Origin: Macrostomum lignano | Taxonomy: Eukaryota | Direction: 5' to 3' | DNA length: 50,781 nt | Assembly: GCA_002269645.1 (NCBI GenBank) | Contig: NIVC01002155.1 | Location: 1-50,781 of the forward strand | The notes under the pieces: generated by a model | What the model was told of the DNA's origin: nothing | Databases searched by the model: none | What the model saw: only the letters and a program-made list of their open reading frames with translations | Part shown: piece after piece, positions 11,101 through 23,209 of the stretch | Numbering within the stretch: position 1 is the stretch's first letter | Layout: each line of letters starts with the position of its first letter | Position numbers and translations under genes: made by a program

Positions 11101-13071
11101 CGGCGGCCGGCTGGCGCCGTTGTCGTTGAACGGCGCGGAAAGACCGGCGCCGAGCGGCTCTCTGGATCGGAGCGGCAGATTCTCGCCGTTGGCGCTGCGG
11201 GGCAGCTCAAGTCCGAGTGGGTTGGGGCGTTTCTGTGGGGGTTGGCGGGTCAAGGTGGGTCAATCTGTGGGAAGTGAAGCTTAGGGATCTGTGGGAAGAG
11301 AAGCTTAGGGATCTGTGGGAAGGGAAGCTTAGGGATCTGTGGGAAGAGAAGTTTTCCAGAGCATCTTTTACGCATCCACGCATCCTAATTTCAGGGTATG
11401 GCTCCGACTCAGACGCTCTGAAGCCCTCAAAGGTAAACACGTTTGCACACTGTATATCTCAATTAACTGCTTTTGCAGTTTTGTGCAATTGGCCAAACGG
11501 AAATTTTAGAAACTGGATCCCATCAAACAGCGAGACGGAGACCTAGCTGGCTCCAGCAGAAGACCCAGAAACTCCACAGCAGCAACCAAGGTGAGTCCAC
11601 AGGGGCTCACTTTCACTCTGCCTCTCATGGCGGTTTTAATCCCAGTTTTCCTCCATGTAGACTCCTTAACTCCTCATCCCTTATTATTCTCCCAGTCTCC
11701 CTCCCAGTCTCCCTCCCAGTCTACCACCCAGTCTCCCTCTGAATCTCCCTCTGAATCTCCCTCTCAATCTCCCTCCCAGTCTCCCTCCCAGTCTCCCTCC
11801 CAGTCTCCCTCCCAGTCTACCACCCAGTCTCCCTCTGAATCTCCCTCTGAATCTCCCTCTCAATCTCCCTCCCAGTCTCCCTCCCAGTCTCCCTCCCAGT
11901 CTCCCTCCCAGTCTCCCTCTGAATCTCCCTCTCAGTCTCCTTCTCAATCTCCCTCTCAGTCTCCTTCTCAGTCTCCTTCTCAGTCTCCCTCTCAGTCTCC
12001 CTCCCAGTCTTCCTCTCAGTCTCCCTCTCAGTCTCCCTCCCAGTCTCCCTCTCAGTCTGCCTCCTAGTCTCCCTCTCAGTCCGCCTCCCAGTCTCCCTCT
12101 CAGTCTCCCTCCCAGTCTCCCTCTCAGTCTCCCTCTCAGTCTCCCTCCCAGTCTCCCTCTCAGTCTGCCTCCTAGTCTCCCTCTCAGTCCGCCTCCCAGT
12201 CTCCCTCCCAGTCTCCCTCCCAGTCTCCCTCCCAGTCTCCCTCCCAGTCTCCCTCCCAGTCTTCCTCTCAGTCCGCCTCCCAGTCTGCCTCCCAGTCTCC
12301 CTCTGAGCGCCCTGCTCCTCCATCTCTCATACTTTACAGTTTGACAGTCTCCTAATGGGTCCGTCTGACTCTCAGGACTCTCAGAGCGACAATGAAGACG
12401 AAAAACGACTGAAAGGGTCCGGCAGTCGGCAGGTGAGTTATAGTTTTTGAAACCGCTCACTCAAAATAGATGCAAGCTATTCTACTGACAGTAGAAAGTA
12501 AGAAACATTAGTTTTTTCCAAAAGCGTAAAAATTGTTTGATATATCAAAATAGGCTACTCTTAGTAGAAAGTAAGTAATATAAGCAAAATTTTCCTTTCA
12601 AAACTGCAGCGCGGCAAGCCCTCGGGTCGGCTGGGTCGCGACCAATCGCCGCCGCCTTCAAGCCGCGCCGCCGGCCGTTCCGGTGGCCGCGGCGGATCGA
12701 AGCCACTGAAGCCGATCGGCCACTCGGATGAAGACGAGGAGAACAGCGACAAAGACTTTGGCAGAGGCCGAGCCGGCCGAGGCGGCCGCAAAGACGGCAA
12801 CAACAAGATCAAAGACGCCGCCGACAGTCGACGAAAGACGCGCGGCCGCGCACTGTCAAGGTCAGAGGATGAGGATGACGAGACAGATGAAGAGAACGAC
12901 CGGCGGCTGACTTCGCCCTCGCGACGGCGTCGAATGTCCAGCGAAGGCAAGGAGCCGGCTGGTCGGAGGGACAGCAGAGAAGGCGACAGCGGTGTTGCCA
13001 AGGGCATCGGCTGCGGTCGCGGAGGCAGGTCGGGCGGCGATGGCAAAACCAGATCGTGCCAGGTCCTGTGA
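8169..13071 (+). CDS. RPGR: Retinitis pigmentosa GTPase regulator orthologue (RCC1 repeats, low-complexity tail, CaaX); ~712 aa after correcting one indel
   Basis: Exons 8169-8202 (MDASELNFDIP, G|GTAAGA), 8707-9138 (DSGAIFAFGK... like RPGR DSGAVFTFGK; RCC1 motifs DCGEGH, NDYGQLGLG, ACGPTH), 9521-9792, 9938-10094, 10648-11216, 11395-11432, 11510-11590, 12340-12432, 12610-13071 ending KTRSCQVL*. All introns are GT-AG and in phase, apart from a frame change at ~10764-10767. Confidence 0.88.
9310..9475. repeat. Degenerate GAGACCTCAGGATAAAC-type tandem repeat in RPGR intron 2
   Basis: Several imperfect copies; core GAGACYTCAGGA is shared with the intron 4 array. Confidence 0.7.
10106..10582. repeat. 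20-bp minisatellite (GAGACTTCAGGAATGATTGT)n filling RPGR intron 4
   Basis: Direct tandem array. Confidence 0.95.
11262..11350. repeat. 24-bp tandem (GGATCTGTGGGAAGAGAAGCTTAG) x3-4 in RPGR intron 5
   Basis: Direct tandem copies. Confidence 0.85.
11688..12303. repeat. 12-bp minisatellite (CCAGTCTCCCTC)n in RPGR intron 7
   Basis: Direct tandem array; reads SPSQ on the sense strand. Confidence 0.95.
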
Positions 13072-14025
13072 CTGAGTGCAGTTTAAAATGGGACTGGGAA
13101 GGCCAGATGCCCAGGGCAGCCTGTAGCCCGGCGCTCCCGAGCGTTTCTGTTCCAAGTTTGACCCGACGCGAGTTCGAATCCTGGCAGCTTAGTAATAGTA
13201 GAAACCATGGGATTAATTTGAATTATTTGATTGCCCTACTAATAGTAGCTTATTAGTAGACGCGAGTTTGAATCTCAATAGCAATCAAAAAATTGAAAAG
13301 ATAATCATTTCAAATGCTCGATTGCCTTACTAATAGTAGTTTTCCGAAATTAGTAGATTTGGATTGTAAAAACCTTAAAGGAAATGAAAATATCTACTTT
13401 GAAGCAGTGTGCAGACACAGATTTAAATTTAACTTATTCAAATCCCCAAGCCTAAAGGCGAACTCTGGTTGCAATATTTTACATTTATAACTTTCTTATA
13501 TGCATATTCTAATCTTTCCGCTACCAGTAGGCAGTTTTGCGTTTTGCAAAAAATCCACTATAACCCGCGACTCTCTTTAAGTAGCTCTGCCTACCTATTC
13601 AAACTTGACGATGAATTTTTTATGATTTCAGATTTCAGTGCAAAAAAGTCACGCCAGACTCGAGCAATTTTGATTTAGATTTATATTTTTGTTTCTTACG
13701 ACAATTACTCGCTGACTTCCTTGGTCTGACATATATTGTTGTTCGACACAAGTTTCACTCGCAATATTTTGGTGAGGCGGCCTGCCGACCTGCGATATCC
13801 AATGCCTCTAGTCGTGCCCTCTTTAAAGCTGCCACGTCTGTTTACTCAGTCGATAATCTTTTCGCAATATTTAATTTTAAAACGAGACTTTGTCATATGA
13901 TTGAATATTTTTAATATATTATCATTATATAATTGTTGAGACAGCAGAGATGCTGCCGTATACACCTCTACCTGCCTGCCTTCTGGCACCTGCAACTGAG
14001 AAAGCTGTGTTTCATTCAGCTTATT

Positions 14026-15159
14026 TTTGCATTGCAGTGTGTGGGGTTTGCATTGCAGTGTGTGGGGTTTTCATTGCAGTGTGTGGGGTTTTCATTGCAG
14101 TGTGTGGGGTTTGTGTTGCAGTGTGTGGGGTTTGTGTTGCAGTGTGTGGGGTTTGTGTTGCAGTGTGTGGGGTTTGTGTTGCAGTGTGTGGGGTTTTCAT
14201 TGCAGTGTGTGGGGTTTTCATTGCAGTGTGTGGGGTTTGTGTTGCAGTGTGTGGGGTTTGTGTTGCAGTTTGTGGGGTTTGTGTTGCAGTGTGTGGGGTT
14301 TGTGTTGCAGTGTGTGGGGTTTTCATTGCAGTGTGTGGGGTTTGTATTGCAGTGTGGGGTTTGTGTTGCAGTGTGTGGGGTTTGCATTGCAGGGTGTGGG
14401 GTTTGTGTTGCAGTGTGTGGGGTTTGTGTTGCAGTTTGTGGGGCTTGAGTTGCAGTGTGTGGGGTTTGTGTTGCAGTGTGTGGGGTTTGTGTTGCAGTGT
14501 GTGGGGTTTGTATTGCAGTGTGGGGTTTGTGTTGCAGTGTGTGGGATTTGCATTGCAGTGTGTGGGGTTTGAGTTGCAGTGTGTGGGGTTTGTGTTGCAG
14601 TGTGTGGGGTTTGTGTTGCAGTGTGTGGGGTTTGTGTTGCAGTGTGTGGGGTTTGTGTTGCAGTGTGTGGGGTTTGTGTTGCAGTGTGTGGGGTTTGTGT
14701 TGCAGTGTGTGGGGTTTGCATTGCAGTGTGTGGGGTTTGTGTTGCAGTGTGTGGGGTTTGTGTTGCAGTGTGTGGGGTTTGTGTTGCAGTGTGTGGGGTT
14801 TGCATTGCAGTGTGTGGGGTTTTCATTGCAGTGTGTGGGGTTTGCATTGCAGTGTGTGGGGTTTGTGTTGCAGTGTGTGGGGTTTGTGTTGCAGGGTGTG
14901 GGGTTTGTGTTGCAGTGTGTGGGGTTTGTGTTGCAGTGTGTGGGGTTTGTGTTGCAGTGTGTGGGGTTTGTGTTGCAGTGTGTGGGGTTTGTGTTGCAGG
15001 GTGTGGGGTTTGAGTTGCAGTGTGTGGGGTTTGTGTTGCAGGGTGTGGTGTTTGAGTTGCAGTGTGTGGGGTTTGTATTGCAGTGTGTGGGGTTTTGTGT
15101 TGCAGTGTGTGGGGTTTGTGTTGCAGTGTGTGGGGTTTGTGTTGCAGTGTGTGGGGTTT
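14026..15159. repeat. 21-bp minisatellite (TTGCAGTGTGTGGGGTTTGTG)n
   Basis: Direct tandem array; all six frames give repeat ORFs. Confidence 0.95.
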
Positions 15160-15451
15160 TACATATAGATCCAATATTCATAATCAACTTGGGTTTGTAC
15201 TAAAGTAAACGGAAGTGGTTTCAGGAAGATATGCCACAGAGACCCTGTGCAATCAGAAAGCACTCTGACCAATTTAAAGCGGCAATGTGGAACCCATTCC
15301 AGGTTAGCGGACCCATTCCACTAGCATTCGTGCTCCTCTTATCGCGCTTTAACGAGTAGTCCTCTCGCTAGATGCCAGGCACATTTTCAGTGAGCACATC
15401 AGTCGCATAAACCCTGTACAACCCCATATAGCTACTGACTGTTTTTTTTTC

Positions 15452-15465
15452 GTTTCCATGGAAAC
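15452..15465. promoter_or_regulatory. Perfect palindromic RFX X-box-like motif GTTTCCATGGAAAC
   Basis: Exact match to the GTTNCCATGGNAAC consensus; target gene unknown. Confidence 0.35.
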
Positions 15466-15709
15466 ACGCAGCATCAATTTATTTGAACGAGTCAGCAGAC
15501 AATTACCCGATGCAGTTTCGCAAGAGTGATTGGCACATGGGGTAAGGAAATCTGATCTTTCATCGCATTGCAAATGCTTTGCAGTTGCAGTTTCCAGAAA
15601 TAGAAAGCACCATTCATGTCAGCTCTCTCAGTCCCGTTAATCCGTTCGGTGCATGCAGCGTCGCATAAATTTGTTCAGGCCTGCCTCTGCTGCCTCTCGA
15701 TTATATTGA

Positions 15710-16172
<463 letters not shown>

Positions 16173-16399
16173 TAAGAATTCGTGCACTTCTGCACGTCAG
16201 TGTCAAAGCATCTGCTCACTTCCCGGCTTAGTGCAGATCTTGCCTCAGCTCAGCGCGGCACTGAGTTTACAAACCCAAGCACAGAACCCGACACCTTCAA
16301 TTAAACACAAATCGACCTGAATTTTGCTTTTTTAGTGAGACAGAAGTTTCTAAAAGACTGCATCGTCATTTCAATCGATAGCGTTGACTGCCCCTCTGC

Positions 16400-17747
16400 A
16401 TCTCTCTCTCTCTGGCATCCCCCATCATTCACTTTCTCTACTATCTCCCACCTCCCTCTCCCATCCCTCTCTCCCACTACCCTCTCCCATCCCTCTCTCC
16501 CATCTCCCTCTCCCATCTCTCTCTCCCACCTCCCTCTCCCATCTCTCTCTCCCATCTCCCTCTCCCATCTTCCATCTCCCTCTCCCATCTCCCATCTCCC
16601 TCTCCCATCTCACTCTCCCACCTCCCTCTCCCATCTCACTCTCCCACCTCCCTCTCCCATCTCTCTCTCCCATCTCTCTCTCCCATCCCTCTCTCCCATC
16701 TCCCTCTCCCATCTCTCTCTCCCATCTCTCTCTCCCATCTCCCTCTCCCACCTCCCTCTCCCTCTCCCATCTCCCATCTCCCTCTCCCATCTTCCATCTC
16801 CCTCTCCCATCTCCCATCGCCCTCTCCCATCTCCCAACTCCCTCTTCCACCTCCCTCTCCCATCTCTTATCTCCCTCTCCCACCTCCCTCTCCCATCTCC
16901 CATCTCCCTCTCCCATCTCCCATCTCCCACTCCCATCTCCCATCTCCCTCTCCCATCTCCCATCTCCCTCTCCCATCTCCCATCTCCCTCTCCCATCTCC
17001 CATCTCCCTCTCCCATCTCCCTCTCCCATCTACCATCTCCCATCTCCCATCTCCCATCTCCCTCTCTCATCTCCCATCTCCCTCTCACATCTTCCATCTC
17101 CCTCTCCCATCTCCCATCTCCCTCTCCCACCTCCCTCTCCCATCTCCCATCTCCCTCTCCCATCTCCCATCTCCCTCTCCCTCTCCCATCTCCCTCTCCC
17201 ATCTCCCTCTCCCATCTCCCATCTACCACTCCCATCTCCCTCTCCAATCTCCCTCTCCCATCTCCCTCTCCCATCTCCCTCTCTCATCTCCCTCTCCCAT
17301 CTCCCTCTCCAATCTCCCATCTCCCATCTCCCTCTCCCATCTCCCTCTCCCATCTCCCTCTCCCATCTCCCTCTCCCATCTTCCATCTCCCTCTCCCATC
17401 TCCCATCTCCCTCTCCCATCTCCCATCTCCCTCTCCCATCTCCCATCTACCACTCCCATCTCCCTCTCCCATCTCCCTCTCCCATCTCCCTCTCCCATCT
17501 CCCTCTCCCATCTCCCTCTCCCATCTCCCTCTCCCTCTCCCATCTCCCTCTCCCATCTCCCATCTCCCTCTCCCACCTCCCTCTCCCATCTGCCATCTCC
17601 CTCTCCCATCTCCCACCTCCCTCTCCCATCTCCCATCTCCCTCTCCCATCTCCCACCTCCCTCTCCCATTTCTCACCTCCCTCTCCCATCTCCCTCTCCC
17701 ATCTCCCATCTCCCTCAATCTCTTATCTCCCTCTCCCATCTCTCTCA
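16400..17747. repeat. Pyrimidine-rich compound repeat of CTCCCAT and CTCCCTCTCCCAT units
   Basis: Seen directly; near-pure polypyrimidine strand. Confidence 0.95.
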
Positions 17748-18279
17748 TTGCGGGGCTTTATTTTGTCCTACTTCTGCGCATCAGTGCTGGCACAGAGCTC
17801 AGTGCATCGCTGCAAGCATCGGGACACTCTCATCTTCTGCTCAGCGTACAGCTCAGACTGAGACAGACAGTGCGAAAAGAAGCTGGGGAGGGGAGATGGG
17901 GCAAGAGGAATGGAATCAAACAGATTCGAGCTCTCTTCGAGTTCGCGGGCTCTGATCCCCCCGACCCTGCCATCCGGTTTGGAAAACGAGGAAGAAAAAC
18001 AAGGGGGAGAGAGAGACAGGTGAGAACCTGGCCCGCACGACTCGAATCTAACTGGGATTGGCTAGACTGAGGTGAGCTGCAGCCGCATACAGCACAGGTG
18101 GTAGTATATATCACTATTTAACAGTGCAGTCTCATCATATTATTAAGCCTGCCGAATACTACAAGAGATCATCTATAATTCATTTATAATTCATTTCATA
18201 TCTATTCGAATCGGTAAGCTTAATTACATTTTTATTACTTAGGTGCCTTTTTGCAATTATACGAGTTCACAATGGGAAT

Positions 18280-19190
18280 TGTGAAGCTGGGGATTGTGAA
18301 TCTGGGGGATTGTGAATCTGAGGGCATTGTGAATCTGGGAATTTTAAATCTGGGGGATTGTGAATCTGAGGGCATTGTGAATCTGGAGGATTGTGAATCT
18401 GGGGATTGTGAATCTGGGGGATTGTGAATCTGGGGGATTGTGAATCTGGGAATTGTGAATCTGGGGCATTGTGAATCTGGAGGCATGGTGAATCTGGAGG
18501 CATGGTGAATCTGGGGGAATTGTGAATCTTGGGGATTGTGAATCTGGGGCATTGTGAATCTGGAGGGATAGTGAATCTAGGGCATTGTGAATCTGGGGGG
18601 TGTGAATCTGGGGCATTGCGAATCTGGAGGGATAGTGAATCTAGGGCATTGTGATCCTGGGGGTGTGAATCTGGGGCATTGTGAATCTGGAGGGATAGTG
18701 AATCTAGGGCATTGTGAAACTGGGGGTGTGAATCTGGGGGACTGTGAATCTGGGGCATTGTGAATCTGGGGACATTGTGAATCTGGGGGATTGTGAATCT
18801 GGGGGGATTGTGAATCTGGTGGATTGTGAATCTGAGGGCATTGTGAATCTGGGGGGGGTTGTGAATCTGGGGGGGGGGTTGTGAATCTGTGGGATTGTGA
18901 ATCTGGGGGATTGTAAAGCTGGGGATTGTGAATATGGGGGATTGTGAATCTAGGAGATTGTGAATCCGGTGGGATTGTGAATCTAGGGGGATTGTGAATC
19001 TGGGGGATTGTGAATCTGGGGGATTGTATGGGGGTGAATCTGGGGGATTGTGAATCTGGGGGGGTGGGATTGTGAATCTGGGGGATTGTGAATCTGGGGG
19101 ATTGTGAATCTGGATTGTGAATCTGGATTGTGAATCTGATGAATCTGCTGCTGATGGTGAAGCTTGTGAAGCTTGGGGATTGTGAAGATT
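18280..19190. repeat. 16-bp minisatellite (TGTGAATCTGGGGGAT)n, 5' intron of PLAC8 copy 1
   Basis: Direct tandem array. Confidence 0.93.
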
Positions 19191-19387
19191 TAAGTAATAT
19201 TTAAATTATAAGAAGACAATCTAACCGTCTTTCTAATCTCAGTATATCTGATACTCGGTACGTAGGATCTTCTTTGGGAAGTAAACGGTTGCATTTCTTC
19301 AGTCGCATTAGTCAGCCGAAGCAGCTAAGTCAAAAAGATTTTCCAACCTAAATATGCTGCCTCCTACCCGGCTGTCAGTCCGCAGTG

Positions 19388-19837
19388 ATGCAGCCTCAAG
19401 CGGTGCACCCGGTGATGTCCCAGCCGCAGCCGTACGCCATGTACCCGTCTGCGCCACCCGCCGCCCCGGTGGTTGGCCAGCAGCCGGTGCCACTGCAGCA
19501 TCCGCCGCAGCAGCGCCAGTGGAACTCCGGCCTGTGCAGCTGCTTTGAAGACGTTGGCGGCTGCTGCCTGACCTACTTCTGCGGCCCCTGCGAGCTCTGC
19601 TGCTGCGTCTCGGAGCGCATGGGCGAGCAGTGCTGCACCCCGATCTGTCTGGGCTGCCTGGGCAGCTCCGTGACTCTCATCGCCTACCGAGTGAAGCTGA
19701 GGGCCAGGTACAACATCCAGGGCAGCATCTTGGACGACTGTTGCACCACGGTGTGCTGCGCCAGCTGCATGCAGTGTCAGCTCAAGAGGGAGCTGAACTA
19801 CATTGAGAACCAGCTGGGTTACAAGCCGGCTTTTTGA
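19388..19837 (+). CDS. PLAC8/cornifelin-family Cys-rich protein, copy 1 (149 aa, intact, single coding exon)
   Basis: Pro/Gln-rich N-terminus followed by QWNSGLCSCFED..CCLTYFCGPC...R..LRARYNIQGSILDDCCTTVCCASCMQCQLKREL, the PLAC8 pattern. True ATG at 19388; the track starts at an upstream GTG. Confidence 0.9.
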   Translation: MQPQAVHPVMSQPQPYAMYPSAPPAAPVVGQQPVPLQHPPQQRQWNSGLCSCFEDVGGCCLTYFCGPCELCCCVSERMGEQCCTPICLGCLGSSVTLIAYRVKLRARYNIQGSILDDCCTTVCCASCMQCQLKRELNYIENQLGYKPAF

Positions 19838-19934
19838 GAACTGAGAACTTGAGAACTTGAGACCTTGGGAACTTGAGAACTTGAGAACTAGGGATTTATT
19901 GGCGACTGGGGTGGCACGCGCTTTGGAGTGTGGG

Positions 19935-20730
19935 CGTCTGTGGTAGGGAGCTGTGGGTGTCTATGGTAGGGAGCTGCTGGTGTCTATGGTAGGGAGCTAC
20001 TGGTGTCTATGGTAGGGAGCTGCTGGTGTCTATGGTAGAGAGCTGCGGGTGTCTATGGTAGGGAGCTACTGGTGTCTATGGTAGGGAGCTACTGGTGTCT
20101 ATGGTAGGGAGCTACTGGTGTCTATGGTAGGGAGCTACTGGTGTTTATGGTAGGGAGCTACTGGTGTTTATGGTAGGGAGCTACTGGTGTCTATGGTAGG
20201 GAGCTGCTGGTGTCTATGGTAGGGAGCTACTGGTGTTTATGGTAGGGAGCTGCTGGTGTCTATGGTAGGGAGCTACTGGTGTTTATGGTAGGGAGCTACT
20301 GGTGTCTATGGTAGGGAGCTACTGGTGTCTATGGTAGGGAGCTACTGGTGTCTATGGTAGGGAGCTACTGGTGTCTATGGTAGGGAGCTGCTGGTGTCTA
20401 TGGTAGAGAGCTGCGGGTGTCTATGGTAGGGAGCTGCTGGTGTCTATGGTAGAGAGCTGCGGGTGTCTATGGTAGGGAGCTACTGGTGTCTATGGTAGGG
20501 AGCTACTGGTGTTTATGGTAGGGAGCTACTGGTGTTTATGGTAGGGAGCTACTGGTGTCTATGGTAGGGAGCTGCTGGTGTCTATGGTAGGGAGCTACTG
20601 GTGTCTATGGTAGGGAGCTGCTGGTGTCTATGGTAGGGAGCTACTGGTGTTTATGGTAGGGAGCTACTGGTGTTTATGGTAGGGAGCTACTGGTGTCTAT
20701 GGTAGGGAGCTGTGGGGTGTCTATGGTAGA
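19935..20730. repeat. 23-bp minisatellite (GGTGTCTATGGTAGGGAGCTACT)n 3' of copy 1
   Basis: Direct tandem array. Confidence 0.95.
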
Positions 20731-21227
20731 GATTTCATCTATGTGAATTTTAATTTTGCATCCCGTGAAGTGAAAGCTATTGCTCTCGAAACTATTTAAT
20801 ATTGATGTCGTTCCCTTGATACTACTAACAGCTATATGTTCTTAACGCTGTCACCTTCATGTAAGTTAAGATAGAGTTTAGTAATTTTTTTATACATGTG
20901 CACGAAACATTTCTTCTTAACTTGTATACTATCTTGCCTTTATCTGAAATTGTTTATCGAAAACTCTCCCTTCTTTGAAACCGGATCTAAACGTCATTTG
21001 TTTAATACCTTTCAAGCTACAAAGCAACTCTTTAAATTTGAAGGAATACTTTTTCTAATTTTCTACTTTCTCTTCTATCGTAATACAAGATAAAAAGGAA
21101 TTGATATTCAACTTTAAGTTATTCTTTTAATTCAGCAAGTAAAGCACAATAAAACGCACTATCTGAGCATATTTCCACCTAATACTGAATGTCGAATATT
21201 TTTTTTTTCAGCTACAAGTATTCCGTT

Positions 21228-21530
21228 CGAGACTGAGGTGTGGGGTTCGGGACTGAGGTGTGGGGTTCGGGACTGAGGTGTGGGGTTCGGGACTGAGGTG
21301 TGGGGTTCGGGACTGAGGTGTGGGGTTCGGGACTGAGGTTTCGGATTAGGTACTGAGGGTTGGGATTCGGTACTGAGGTTTCGGATTTGGTACTGAGGGG
21401 TGAGATTCGGTACTGAGGGGTGAAATTCGGGACTGGGGTGTGGGAATCGGGACTAAGGTGTGGGAATCGGGACTGGGGTGTGGGAATCGGGACTGGGGTG
21501 TGCGAATCGGGACTGAGGTGTGGGATTTGG
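21228..21530. repeat. 20-bp minisatellite (GGGACTGAGGTGTGGGGTTC)n, unit 1
   Basis: Direct tandem array. Confidence 0.93.
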
Positions 21531-22686
21531 TACTTTTTTTGCAGCTCCATATCCTGCATATGGTAAAAGAATGTAGTTCATTTACGAGGCCTGCCCTACA
21601 CAGGATTTGGTACTGAGGGGTTGCGAACAGGTTAGCTGTCCTTATCCGTCCTCTCTAAAACGGTTAGGAGAGAGAAGAAGAAAGGTAGATGTACACAGAG
21701 AGAGAAAGAAGAGCGGTCACGGCGTATTTAGTAAATAGGCTACCAGTTTCAAGCCTGTGGGCTCTTCGTCAGGCCAAAAAAGTGTGTGTGTGAGTGTGTG
21801 AATGTGTGTGTGTGTGTGTGTGTGTTGAAGTCTAAGAGAGACAAATAATTCATTAAACATTTCGTCAGTCTGCGGGTGCAGAGCTTCGAGAATAGCACTA
21901 CATATTGCTACTGATAGCTATTTATATTCTCCTGTCATCTTCAGTTCACATAAGAGAAAGAATTTCAAACACAATGGCCTCTAAAGAGCCTAATATGAAT
22001 ACGAGGCTCACATCTCAGTACTCGCAGTACCGAGTATTATCTAAAGGCAGTGTTTTTTTATTTTGAGAACTAAAACGCATAGGCACAACACGGGTTTGAG
22101 GGGTTTGGGGTTTTGTGGGGTTTACGCTGTGCAGCTTCTCTCTGTTCTGTATCCTTACTAGGCAACCATCAGCAACCCCAAAACATTCTGTGCCACGTGT
22201 TGTCAAGCTACTGGCTTGGCCCTCAAACCTTAGCTTTAGCTATATTTTCATTCGGGCATTGAGATCGGCTATAGTCTAGAGCTGGTCTGCTTGCGTAGCT
22301 GCGGTCGAGACGCGTAGAGGTCGTTGTTTTTTCTGCTCTGATGTTTTCGCAGATTGGCCAGACTGAGATGGGCTGCAGCCGCATACAGGGCGGGTGGAGT
22401 ATGTCTCATACTTGACTATTTACACTGCAGCTGCTTCATTTCTTAAAGGCTGCCGGAGCTTAAGAGAGATTTGAATAAATTCATTCATATTCGATTCGGT
22501 AAGTTAACTGCATTTTAATAAACTCGTAGTTCCGGTACATCTTGTTAGTCTGTGGGTTCAGCGCTATTAATATAATAAATAGCACTACATATTGGGTACT
22601 TTCATAAACCCGAACATGTCAAATTTCCTAGGTCGAATTGCTATTCACAATCATCTAACTCACGTAACTATGTGAACGAAAATCTT

Positions 22687-22960
22687 GGAGATTGTGAAGC
22701 TTGTGGATTTTCAAGCTTGGGGATTGTGAAGCTTGTGGATTGTGAAGCTTGGGGATTGTGAGGCTTGGGGATTGTGAAGCTTGGGGATTGTGAGGCTTGG
22801 GGATTGTGAGGCTTGGGGATTGTGAGGCTTGGGGATTGTGAGGCTTGAGGATTGTGAGGCTTGGGGATTGTGAAGCTTGGGGATTGTGAGGCTTGGGGAT
22901 TGTGAAGCTTGGGGATTGTGAAGCTTGTGGATTGTGAAGCTTGGGGATTCTGAGGCTTGG
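22687..22960. repeat. 16-bp minisatellite (CTTGGGGATTGTGAAG)n, intron of copy 2
   Basis: Direct tandem array. Confidence 0.93.
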
Positions 22961-23209
22961 GCAACGTATAGTAAATTCAGGGACTGTGAAATTTCAGCCA
23001 AATAAAGTAAGTAGATGGAATTTTAAATTTAAGGAAAGTTAAATTATAGGAAAATCTTTCTTTCTAATCTATGTAAATTTCATAACACTGTTGGATTTTT
23101 GTTAGAAATTGAAAGATTGCATTCTTCACTCATTTGAATTCTGAGATGTATAAATTTGAATTTTCCTACCTAAATATACTGCCTCCTACCCTGCCGTCAG
23201 TCCGCAGTG

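Noticed and set aside
17830-18114. Minus-strand MAGSGGSEPANSKRAR frame as the start of a gene
   Set aside because: I could not splice it in phase to any downstream island, and the frame stops at 17830.
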